A DNA stretch of 64,000 nt from Podarcis gaigeae (taxonomy: Eukaryota), in assembly GCA_964106915.2 (NCBI GenBank), contig OZ066923.1. One strand, 5' to 3'. The stretch's first letter is position 1. Each line of letters opens with the position of its first letter. Under the pieces are notes generated by a model. It was not told where the DNA came from. It saw nothing but the letters and a program-made list of their open reading frames with translations, and searched no databases. A program made the translations under genes and the position numbers. Below, piece after piece: positions 13,062 to 24,706 of this stretch.

Positions 13062-14647
13062 AAAAGAAGTCATGAGAATTTACACAGATTCATGGGGTTA
13101 TGGATCTTTCAAAATGTGTAGATCTATCAGCAAGTAGCTGCAATTTGAAATACCGTATCATTTGAGAGTCCTGTTGACTTCAGGCCCTCCACCTGACCAG
13201 TCTTCTGGACCCTCAGGTCTATTCTTCTAACAGAAAGGCCCATTAGTTGTTAATAATGTATCTACTTAGGTAAATAGAAGGACTTGCTGATTTTACTCTC
13301 TGTTCTTCAGTACAAAGTGCATTGGCTTATAATAAGCGGAATATCTGTTGTTTTTGAAAAGGGCAAGCTGTCAAAGGTTCTTGAGCTGAATTTGATATTC
13401 TGCTTCCTTGCTGAGAGGCCAGGCAACCCTCATCTATTTTCCTCTCCCCATAAACCTAAGGGAGAATTTGGGGGGGGGTGCAGTTATATGACTTGCTAGG
13501 TGGGACTGTGTGTGAAGAATCTCAGTATCTAAGGTTCTGTAAACTTAATGGCTTGTGCTCTCCCCCACCCCCCAATATATTTCTGAAACACAATCCTATC
13601 TAGTTATCATTTTGTGTTATACGGTTTGCTGCTTAAATAACAGTTGAAACTAATCATGTTGTTTTAATAAAAATAAGCAAAGGCAGCCATATTGGTCCAT
13701 AAGACACTCCCCTCGCAACTTCCATAGTAAGGAAATACCTTTTTAAGGCCAACCAAGATGTAACAAAATAATGAGCAAGCTTTTGGGTTCTCCAGCATTC
13801 TTCATAAGCTGGATGTAGGTGAGAAAAAGCCTTGGTTGGTGTTAAAACGACAGTGTCTGCACATTGGCCTCCAACCTGAGATGGGGTATGAAAAGAGATA
13901 GTGGGCTTAATATCCAACTGGGGAGATGGGGATGAAGAAACAGACAGTGGCTATGGACACTAGTATTTTTGCAGCCCTGCAAGAAAGAACATATATCTGA
14001 GCATGCAAATTTATTACACCCCTCTTTCCCTTTTAACTTCTCCTCCAGATACCCTTTCCCCAGACTATGTAATTCCTCAGTCTGATTTTGGATATCATAA
14101 ATAGCCATGATATCCCAATATGGGTAATCCATGCTACCTCATCCCTGAACCCATAGCACTCTTAGTCACCTATTGTTGGGGTTTCCGTTTGGGGGAGGGG
14201 GTCAACAACCAGCAGCTCATGGACTAGATCTGACCCTATGGCAGGACAATGTTCAGCTGCCAATCTAGAGATAAGCATGGTGTTTGGAAAGAACATGGCA
14301 GCTCTTATGGGAAACCTTTGTGGGAGATGGGGTTAGAAACACGTTTCATCTCCAACGACTCTCTGGCAAAAGAAAGTCTCTGACCCAGGGTCTTAGAGTG
14401 GCTGATTACAAACTGCTAATAATTTTATTTAGTGCTGCCCACACCAGTGGTTGCTGAGATCACTTGTTTTGCTGGTGCCACACACGCTTGTGTTGTCCAC
14501 TGTCTTGGCATGGTTTCACCCCTTTCTGCACCTTTTTTGCCATTTTTTTCTTTCATAGTTTTCATCCTGAATTTATACTGTTTCTCTTTCCCCTCATTTT
14601 CCCCATCCATCTTACCTCCCCCCACCCTCATTACCTTCATCTGGTAG

Positions 14648-14755
14648 AAGTATATAAAGATGTATACAGGTGGCGTGAGCTCATTGGCTGAGCAAATAGC
14701 CAATCAGCTTCAAAGGAAAGACCAACCCAAAACCCTTCTAGACAAGAAGGAACTG
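14648..14755 (+). CDS. MICAL3: MICAL3 cassette exon, 108 nt, phase 0/0 (KYIKMYTGGVSSLAEQIANQLQRKDQPKTLLDKKEL)
   Basis: tag|AAG tandem acceptor; CTG|gtaaga donor. Nearly identical to the recalled human alternative segment preceding GSMKKEF. Confidence 0.92.
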
Positions 14756-15487
14756 GTAAGAGAATGATGTTCAGAAGGTGATGAGTATTTGTGATTAGAA
14801 GTTAGACAGCTCTTCCTTAGATCCTCAGTAATATGGAGCCTTTAGTTTTCCCTCAGTGTTTAGTTAAAGGTAGCTGATGTAAGCACTTCCTTGCCTGTTC
14901 CTCCACTTGCCCTTGTGGGTTCTTGAATTCTTGCTATAAATAAAATGGATAGTACACAAAAGATCTGTTGCTGAAAGCTTTGGTGTCTTTGGAGTAAATG
15001 TGTGGAGTTATCATTTGACAGTGGTTGTTTGGAGCCTAGCTTCAGTGGTAATGTGGGAGGAGGATGATTACTATCATAATTGTGTGACCATTTCCACAAT
15101 TCGTTAGTTGTGTACACTTGGTGTCTCTCATCAACTTTGTGAGGTATGTCATCATTATTCCCATTTTAGAGGCAGGATGTGTGGGAAAGCTAAAGCTGAG
15201 AGAATTAAAGAATTTTTAGATCCTTCAGTTCTCCCATATTCCGCCAGACTCTTTATTTTCAGGTGGTTGGATGCGACACCTTACGGAGGGTGTTCCTTGG
15301 CTGACCTTTTCTTCCTCATGTTGGGGCCTTGGAATTATCCATAGGTGCCTGCTTAGTGTTTTTGCTGAAACGTCCTCCATTTCCCTTTGAAGGATTCCAA
15401 AACAATCTAATGAATACATATGGCACGACAGTGGAAGTAACAGTAAGCTTGTGGCTCAGTCTAGACCTTTCCTTGTTGCTGCTTTAG

Positions 15488-15674
15488 GGTTCCTTGAAAA
15501 AAGAATTCCCTCCGAATGTGGGAGGCAGTGATGTCTGCTACTTCTGCCACAAGCGTGTCTACGTGATGGAAAGGCTGAGTGCTGAAGGCAAATTCTTCCA
15601 CCGCAGCTGCTTCAAATGTGAATACTGTGCTACAACCCTGCGCTTGTCCTCTTATGCCTACGACCTGGTGGATG
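15488..15674 (+). CDS. MICAL3: MICAL3 LIM-domain exon 1 ([47 protein letters not shown]...DG)
   Basis: CxxC...HxxCxxCxxC LIM zinc ligands; ttag| acceptor and G|gtaagt donor; 187 nt, phase 0/1. Confidence 0.98.
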
Positions 15675-16087
15675 GTAAGTGAAATTTACCTTTTCCCTTA
15701 GGAGGGGATGGGCAAGAGCTTCAACTGATGGGTTGCAATCAGCAAAATTGTTGTGCAGGTGACTTCTACTTGCATAACATAACTTCCCCTTCTCCTCCTC
15801 CTTCCCCCCACTTGTGTCCCCATACCCAAATCTTCTCTGGGGGTTCCCACAGGCTTCTGGGACAGAGTTTCTTTTGGGGGGGGGGAATCAGGGAGTAGAA
15901 GGAGAGGGAGTTCCATTGTACAAGCTGAAGTCATTGAGATCACAACATAACTTTTATTGGATTCAGCACTTTGACTTAGAAATAACCTTCAGGATTCCAT
16001 ATATCTTTAGTATGGTCAGGAAATTATTACATCACTGTTTGGCCCACTTCAGATACATCACCCAAAATTATTATTGTACAAGAGGTA

Positions 16088-16705
16088 CCGTATTTTTCGC
16101 TCTATAGGACGCACTTTTTCCCCTTCAAAAATGAAGGGGAAATGTGTGTGCGTCCTATGGAGCGAAGACACCATAGCCCCGCGACCCTCTCCCGGCTGGA
16201 GAGGTAACGTGCGGCTATGGCAGGAGGCTCCATAGCCGCACGTCACCTCTCCAGCCAGGAGAGTGCGCGCGGAGCTAAAGCAGCCCCCCGCGACCCTCTC
16301 CCGGCTGGAGAGGTGATGCGTGGCTATGGCAGCAGCCTCTCCGCTGCGCCTTTCCGCTGCTCCCTGACCTGCTCTTTGGGGCTGGTGGTGGGCTTCCCTC
16401 CGTCAGCCCCAAAGAGCAGGTCGAAAGGAACCTGAAGCCTGGAGAGCGAGTGGGGTCAGTGCGCACCGACCCCTCTCACTCTCCAGGCTTCCAAGGTAGC
16501 CGCCTGAACGCACCTTAAACGGCACCTTGTTTTAGAGCAGGAAAACAAGAGGGGGAAAATTCTCCCACTCTCTGCGCAGCGCTTCCTGCCGCTTCGCTGA
16601 AGGGGCGCTGGGCAGAGAGCGAAAGAATTTTTTCCCCTTGTTCTCCCCCCTCTAAAACAAGGTGTGTCCTATTGTCCGGTGCGTCCTATGGTGCGAAAAA
16701 TACGG
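16088..16705. mobile_element. Non-autonomous Tc1/mariner-superfamily (Tc2/pogo-like) MITE, 618 bp
   Basis: About 27-bp terminal inverted repeats CCGTATTTTTCGC(TCT/ACC)ATAGGACGCAC; TA on both flanks; CpG-rich interior with internal repeats; no transposase ORF. Confidence 0.9.
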
Positions 16706-17434
16706 TATTTGTAGAAACTAAAACGCACATTGTAAATACTGCAGTCTGAAGCTGTTTGAACTGAGAGTTGAACTCCTCTCCATGCTCAGGATTTTGTGTG
16801 CTGCCAGAGATTATGGAAAACTCAGAGTGGGAAGCCATTACTCTTGTATTTCCACCCATGGCTAGACAACTGCAGCATCATGTAAACAGGGCTCTCCTTG
16901 AATACTGTTTAGAAGGTTCAGCAACACATTGGAAGTTCTTGCAGCACCATACCACAGGCTAATTTGCATCTGTGAGATGATAACTTTTGAATATTTGTAG
17001 TTAGAAATCACCTGGGTGACCATAGTACATAGATTTCTGTTTGGATTGGTCACTTCTTGGTAAGCAGTGGTCTGTTTGGAGTTAATGCCCAGCCCTTTCC
17101 TCTTTGCATTCATTCTTGCCTTTTCCACAGCACTTCTGCCAGATTTCCATGTGATGCAGCCTTTGTTCCTCATACAGTGCTGCTTTGTGTGTGATACCAC
17201 GCAAGTTCCCCTGGGATGTTCTGGCTATTGGTTGGGTGCTGGGTAAATGGCTATCAGGCACCCTATGGAAAATCCATTTGTTTTCAGGAAAGGAGGAAAT
17301 TAACGTGAATGAAATCTTTGAGGCATAATTGTCTCCATGTATTTTGTATGTGACAGGGCAGAGGAGATACAGAGGAATTGTGGCATGTAGTTTTTGTCTT
17401 TCTCATTACCATTTCCCCCTTGCTCTATTTGCAG

Positions 17435-17523
17435 GAAAATTCTACTGCAAGCCTCACTACTGTTACAGACTTTCAGGTTATGCACAGAGGAAGAGACCGG
17501 CAGTGGGCCCTCTGTCAGGAAAG
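17435..17523 (+). CDS. MICAL3: MICAL3 LIM-domain exon 2 (KFYCKPHYCYRLSGYAQRKRPAVGPLSGK)
   Basis: tttgcag| acceptor and AAG|gtaggc donor; 89 nt, phase 1/0; supplies the last LIM CxxH ligands. Confidence 0.98.
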
Positions 17524-17716
17524 GTAGGCTGTTTCCTTGCATTTCCCAGATGAGACTGCTTTGCCATTTTATGTTGGGAAGTGGCTTTGGGTTGTTTGGA
17601 AGGGGGAGAGCAGTGTTGCAGAATCTTTCTGAATCCTATGTGCATTGATCTTGCCTGCCTTTATTAGCTGTAAACTCTTAAACAGAACACATAATGGAAA
17701 CTTTTTATCAGTTGTT

Positions 17717-17842
17717 GTTTTTATAAATTTGTTGGCTTACCAAAACCAGGACAGCAGTGTTTTTATAAATTTGTTGGCTTACCAAAACCAGGACAGCAGT
17801 GTTTTTATAAATTTGTTGGCTTACCAAAACCAGGACAGCAGT
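17717..17842. repeat. Perfect 3 x 42-bp tandem repeat
   Basis: Unit gtttttataaatttgttggcttaccaaaaccaggacagcagt at 17717, 17759 and 17801. Confidence 0.97.
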
Positions 17843-18464
17843 GTGTCTGGAGAGAGAAGATGAAAAGCTGTGCCAGTGATGTGCAAATAGGCACGTCGCC
17901 ATTCATATTTACTTCTGTCTATCCAAAATCCAATTTATGGTGTTGGATAATAAAAATAGGTTCTTTTTATCAGGGGACTATTGAAAAGTACTCATACCCA
18001 AAGAGTGGGAATTTAATAATTAAAACATAAAAATAAATTAAAGTAAATACTGCCTTGAGAATATATGTAATAGCTGATCGACTGGACAACGATTACATTT
18101 ACAAAGTAACATGAATTCATTTTACTTATGCAGTTAATTTTTTGGCAGTTGGTTTTACGGCAAGTAGTTCTTCAAGGCAATACTATGGAAAAATGATACA
18201 TGTGATACTATTATTTTTTGTTAAAATCAGCTAACCCCAGGCATGCCCTCCATATGGCTTTACTTGAAGAAGCAGTTAGATAAATAACAAAGATATACTG
18301 AGAATGTGTGTCCAGATCTGGAATATGCCTGAATAAACTAGGGTTATTGTTTCTCCTGGATCTAAAACCATAAAACCACCTTTTGTCTTTTTGCATTTGC
18401 TCACTTTTAAATTACATAAATTTAATAACTGCATCCTTCCTTGCCTGTTCCCCCCCCCCCCCAG

Positions 18465-18552
18465 GACAGCAAAGGGATCCAGCAGGACAACATGGCGGCT
18501 GACGGTGCCGGACGTGCAAACTCCATCTCAACTTCGTCAGAGAGGACTCCAG
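18465..18552 (+). CDS. MICAL3: MICAL3 exon (DSKGIQQDNMAADGAGRANSISTSSERTP)
   Basis: Poly-C then cag| acceptor; CAG|gtagct donor; 88 nt, phase 0/1. Matches recalled EAKGPLQD...NGRANAVASSTERTP. Confidence 0.95.
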
Positions 18553-18794
18553 GTAGCTCTGCTTCCTTGTTTGGCAGGGTGATGCAGTACTCGCTCCACC
18601 TCTTTGACAGAGTTAGGGTGGCAAGCCAGCTCCTGCAAAACACAGTTTCCTCAGTTGGGCACCACGTAGCCCAAAATCCTTTGGACTCCTTTTTCATGTG
18701 CCAGCTGATGGCTTTTGGAGTCCCCTTTATCTATGTCCAGTCAGAGGTTCTTGTGCAGATAATGGGGGAGTTTTTATCAGCACTAGGATATTAA
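18553..18794 (+). CDS. MICAL3: Alternative terminal extension of the short MICAL3 isoform (GSSASLFGRV...NPLDSFFMCQLMAFGVPFIY...GEFLSALGY*)
   Basis: Frame stays open for about 80 codons past the donor to TAA at 18792-18794. Strongly resembles the recalled C-terminus of a human short isoform (VAQNPLDSFFMCQLLAFGVPFLY). Confidence 0.82.
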
Positions 18795-21700
18795 TACAGT
18801 AATAACAACTTTTGTAACACTGTGTAACATGTGTGCAGGAGGAAATTAGGGGTTATGTGGTGGTGGGATTACATTATGGTTTGTAAGACAAAGCTGCTGT
18901 TCTGAATGCTGTCCAGGTAAACACAGACACCCAGTTCAAGATTTCTTGGGTAGGTAGAAATAAATTAAAAATTGCTAGTCATACCCAGAACAGACCAATT
19001 GAAATTAATGGACACGACTAACTTAGCTTAATTAATTTCATCAGGTCTACTCTGAGTAGAGCGTAGCTGGATGCAACCCTTAGTCTGCAAAATCTGCATT
19101 GCTGAGTGAATTAAATATAGCATTAGCATGGTATGAAGAAGTCCATTGACTGGATTTCTGTGTTCACCTGCAAAACTATCTTCTAGTTCTCACCAACATG
19201 GTGTCTGAATAGCAAAACATCAAAACCTTGTTGATACGTTTTGAACCATGCCTGCTATACATTCCTTGTTGTCTTTCACAGCCTTTAACTCTGGGTGATC
19301 TTGGTGTTGGCAGGTTGTGGAAATTTCTCCCAAATATATGCTTTGCTGTTCTGGACTGGGGCTGACAAACCAAGCTGTATGCTGTTGAGGGCATTCTGGT
19401 TAATCTTAAACTTGATTCCTGTCTCTGTGTGAGAGAGAGCGATAGACTCAATTTGTGCCACAAACTCTTGTTTGGACGGACTTTTACTTTGACCTTTTGG
19501 TGATTAAATTTGAATAGCACTTGATAAGAGGCCAGACTGGATTCTAGTTGCGGAATCTTCCAAGCCAAACAGATTTAGATTTTATTTTTTTATGTAGAAT
19601 TAAATTATATAGCCGTAGTCGTGCGTAGGAACTAAACTGTTACCCTTCCATTGGCTAAACGTTTCTAAATAGTATGAAAAGATCCAATTGAAGGATCATT
19701 CAAGATATGTTTTTTCATTTATTTATTTTTAGTTGTGTGCACTCAATAGCATTGTACAGTTTCTGTATTTGTGTGGCATTTCCCACCCAGAAGCAAAATG
19801 AAAGAGATTTAATATTTAAGTAAGCTCTGAAAAACATTTTGTATTAAGCAAGTCTTTCAAATGTGAAAACACAGCTTCTTGTAACTATTGGATAGGAGTC
19901 ATTTGGCTGTGGAAACACAGTTCTGGAATTTTGCACTAATTAAATTGCTTGATCAGAGATTGGATGTGGTTGTTCAGATAACTTTTAAGAGTTCAGACTC
20001 TGAATACTGCTTGTGTTGAGCTTCTGCCTCTGTTGTCATGAGACTGACAATCTTGCAGAAGTTGATTGCAGTTGGAGTTGCCAACTTGGTCTAGCATATT
20101 TCACCAGCTCTTTACCTTGTTAATTTCAGTTTAGCAATAATTATTCTTGGCCTAATATTGTAGTGAAACCTGTCCTACATTCCCTGTAAGCCATCTAACT
20201 TTTAGTTCTAGTTCCCTGCTGGTCAGGGCAAAAAGCAGACAATTTTTGGCTCTCTGCTGAGTTCAAAATTAACTTGAATGTATAAGTTTGCTAATCACTC
20301 AAAGAGTATGGGAAATTAATGTGTATTTTCATAGGAGGCTGCTAGAGGAATCTCTATATGTTTAAAGTTTAAGATCAGGACTCTTTCATGTGTCTTTGTT
20401 TACATATACCTATTTATGTGTCTATAGATATTGTAATCTCTACAAAGTAGAATCCAGCAATAATGAATTGAATAATTAATTCTGGCCTTTGTGTTATATA
20501 AGCACCATGAACTATTATAATAGTTAAAGACAGTGCTGGGGGGAAATATTTCAGATAATCAGAAGCCAGCATTTTATGTGTTCAGAGCTGATAAAAACGT
20601 TTCAGTCCCTGGATTCCAGCTGAAGTATCCTAATCAGAGAAGTTTCAGACTTTGGCAGTCCTCTGCGAGGCTGGTCTGTCCTCATGCAAACTCTGAATTG
20701 CCATTGAGGTAGAGATATAATTCTATTAACTGCATGTTTCGGACACTGGAATTCATGCAGAGATTGGCATTTCATAATGTGGAAAACGATGGTGATTTGA
20801 AAAGGGGGAAAATGTGATTTTAATAGAATGTAATTGGATGGTAGTGGGGGAAGCGGAGAAGTGCAGTCTTGGAACGAATAGAAATCTGCACCTCCCATTG
20901 GCCTGTGTTCATAGTCAGCTGCCCATTCCCGTGGAATAGGTAAATGCATGCTAGTGGAGCCGTGCTTACTCTATTTGCATGTTTCAAACAAATCTGCAAT
21001 CAGTATTTGCTTGGTTACTATGAAATTTTATGTCGCCTCCCTTCCCTACTTGTTGGCGAACTTGAATAGTGGAGAAGAGAGCTCTTCTGTACTGAGGCAT
21101 TAGAATAATGGTCAGGAAACAATAAGCACTTTTTATTGTGAGATAATTTCGCTCTCTGGCATGTGTGGCTCTTGCATTATAGGTGTTTTGTGACTTCCCC
21201 TATTCTGTTACAAAGGGGGAAATTAACTGATCTCAAAGCTCAGTATTTAGCCATTAGGATAGGCCAAATCTTCTCTTGATGTCCACCTCCTGGTCTGCCC
21301 AGGAGTGTGTGTGGCACATGTGAGTGCTTTAAGTGGGTTAGCTTTTGATGTTTGCTGCTATCCGGTTACACTTCTTGCACACTGTCTCCCAAACGTGCAA
21401 CCCTTTCTGCTGGTGCAGGGGTGGTGAAAGCTGTGACAGGCGCTTTCTTGTGCTGAACTCTGGCATGCTTCGGGCAAACTCTGTATTACGCCTTTTTCTT
21501 GTACTGTCTTCCTGGGATTTTGTGTCAAGCACTCTCTGCATTTGCCTTTGTGACACAATTGCTGCTGATGCTGGGCGTGGAAAAAAATCCCTTGCTTTTC
21601 AATGGTTGTATTCTGTAATAGTTGTATGTCTCTTGTATTTTGGAATGTTTTACAGTGAGTGTCATTTTTTATACATGTCTTTTTTTTTTTAACACGGAAG

Positions 21701-24700
21701 TATTGTTCTTTCTGCACTTCGTTGTAAATGTCTGTAAAATATTTTTGAATGTATTAATCCTCCTGTGGGTCCAGTGGGCTTGGAACAGTCTCTTTGCATT
21801 TTGCCCTTACAATTTTATATAAAGGCGGTTGGTTTTCACTCAATAACTTTTAGGGGTAATGAAATTAAGGTAATTCACCATGAGCTAGGTCACTGGAATG
21901 TTACACACATAGTCAAAAGCATTCTAATTAAAAAAAGAAAAGAAAAGAAATATAGGAAATTGAGAGAATTTGTACTAATATCCTCCTTTGAAAGAGGGGA
22001 AGTAAATAGTATTATCAGTGGAGTATATCTGTCCTTAACAGTGTATATTCCAGTGAAGTAAGCTAATTGCACTATAGTGAGGTGGCTGGAATGTGGCAAG
22101 TAATCATGAAATACTAGGACTTAAATATGACCTTTTTTCAGACTAACAGTCAAATCTTGGAACACATAGTTGCTGTTTTTAGTGGAGGCCAGCACTCCAC
22201 TATGGAATTTGCAGCATTTCACATGGACAGAAAGTTGGGTTGTAGGACTTCAGTTGCTCTTTCATATACTTGAAGGAGCTTTTGATGGGTGTCTAGTAGC
22301 ATGCACCCATATCTGCAGAATGCAAGCTGAATTTGCTTGTGTATTTGTTTTTAAAACACGGGAAGAGGGAGAGAGGGTGTAATCTTTGATCAGTGATTAG
22401 AGGTGCTCTATGCTCTTCTTTTATCAGTGATTAGAGGAGCTGCATCTTCTATTCCCTTTGATGCCATTTTGGCAGACTCTTCTTTCCTACATAAAAAGGT
22501 GTATCAGTAAATTTGTTCCTTTCCTCAATAGAGCACTGAATAATTTTGTTTAAAAAAACAACAGAAATTATATTGTTGGTTGTAACAAACATATTGTTGA
22601 ATCCTGAAACTGCATTGGTTCATCCAATGTATACCAATGAGAAGCATGAATTGCCATGGAATTGCACAGGGAGAAGTTAAGACATATTTCTGTGGGCCAT
22701 GATTCAGTATAAGCATGGTTAAGCTCTGTATTAAATTGTGCTAATGGTAATGTTACAACAACATACCTGCAGTATAGAATCAGTGAAGAATGTCCGTATA
22801 TATGTAATTTAATAAGATTATATAATGTCTCCTGGACACAAATTTTAAAATATTAGCATACTACCTTTAGTCTCAACAAACCATGATCTGAATGAATATA
22901 ATTCTTTGTTTTTTGACATAATAACTAGTGTATAAGTATTTTTTTTGATTCAGCGTATGCTTTACAAACTATAAATTGTGCTAAACTTGATCTCAGTTAA
23001 TATAGTTCCTTAAATTATTATTAGCTGTCGCCCTGGTTTAAAATGCACTTGATAGGTAATGCAAAATTCACTTGCCCCAAATTTGGCATGAACTCTGCCA
23101 GTACTCAAACAGCACCAATTTCTGTTTTAACAGAACATGTTCTTTACAGAATTAATCATAGGTTAGCAAACATTTGGGCTGATGTGATACAATTTTCCAC
23201 CTTTTTAGGAAGTCTAGAGACGGTCTTGGTAACCTTGCACAATGAAGGCAGCATTTGAGAAGTTTTTTTGAAATGTTTTTTGAAATGTTGCTTGGTTTTT
23301 ACTGTGTCCACTGCAGCAAGATAGCAACCATTTTTAAAAAACTCTGCAGGCCAATCAAAACTGTGTGCAGTGGATTCTGAACAAGTAGGAATAAGGATAC
23401 AGTTCTTTTTCTAAATGTTACTGTGGACCTGAAGCTGGGTAGAACAGTGGGACTCCAGGATTTATGCCACATTATGTGCAGACAGACCCAAGCAAGGTTT
23501 GTCTCTTCAAAGAGGTTAGGATTATTTTATATATTAAAGCAGCCACCTGGAATTTGATGGCTGCTCCACAAGAGGCCCTAATCAGCATTAATTGCACAAT
23601 AATAGATTGGCTCTATTGTGTAGTCTGTAAACAGTGTTTCCATGCGCTCTGGCTTCCGACACAGTGTTCCGCTGTGCCAGAAGCGGTTTAGTCATCTCCT
23701 GTACAGAATACCAGTGTATGGTTGCATTTCTTGTGGCCTGCACTGAACTGCCATAATGTATGGAATCACTTTTAGTATGAAATCAAAGGTCCCGTGTAGC
23801 TGGAAGTTTACTGTTAAGCATGCATGTTGAATGGCTGAAGATAGTGTCCCTACCCTGTGAAAAATAGCCTTCCAGAATTTAGCTTGGAAGCTTTCTTGAG
23901 AGACTGTTCCTAGACCCCGTTGCATCCCCTTCAGTGTTCTTACTAGGTTTTTATGGTGGGATTGATGTGGAGGGAAGAATGTGTCCAACCACAGGGCACA
24001 TGAGGAGGCAGCAAAATGAGGAGTCTGGACATGGTGCATCAAGGGAAAACGATGCACATAGGAAAATGCAGTGTTATGTGCTTTCAAAGTGAACATCACT
24101 TTTGAATAGCTACAGGGAAGAAATGAAATGTAAAATTTATACAATTGTTGGGGATCCACCATAAAATCCTGTTGAGAACACTTTTTTCCTGGGAGAGATG
24201 AAATTCCTTTCTCTTGTCCTTTCATCCCTTCTCAAACCTTGTAGATGATAGTGACTTGTATTGTTATTTGTGTATATATGCATTTCTTGAGGGATGATGT
24301 GAGTTATTCTGAGTATTTTCTTAAACAGAATGCAATATTACTTGTGTGTCAGCGAAAAATACCTTAAATCTCGTAAGAAACGGGTTTTGTTTTTTCCCCC
24401 TCCCAGCAATTAAACTGGGGTGTGCTTAAATGCCCCCTATTTTGAAATGCAAAATCCGAGGGGAAAAAACATCCCCTGCTTTGAGATTTAAGCTGTGGCT
24501 CAGGGAAGAATGGGAAATGTGCTCTGAAAAGCCTCACATCTCAAACTTGAGATGTTGTACCCTTTTTTATTTTTGTTTTCTTGCCCTTACTGTGGTGGTG
24601 CAGAGTTGCATTTGTGTTCAAATTCTGTAACTTTGGAACTCTTGTTGCTGTGAAAACAATACGTTTTTGTGCAAATGTTACCTCTTCACGTTAAAAAGGG

Positions 24701-24706
24701 AATAAA
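24701..24706 (+). terminator. Candidate distal poly(A) signal for the short isoform
   Basis: AATAAA preceded by TGTA and T-rich sequence and followed by a T/GT-rich tract, at the end of the repeat-poor region. A proximal AATAAA is at 18959-18964. Confidence 0.4.

Noticed and set aside
17717-17842. CRISPR-like repeats
   Set aside because: Head-to-tail units with no spacers, in a vertebrate intron.
23692-24225. 177-aa minus-strand ORF
   Set aside because: No recognisable domain, splice context or coding-like composition.
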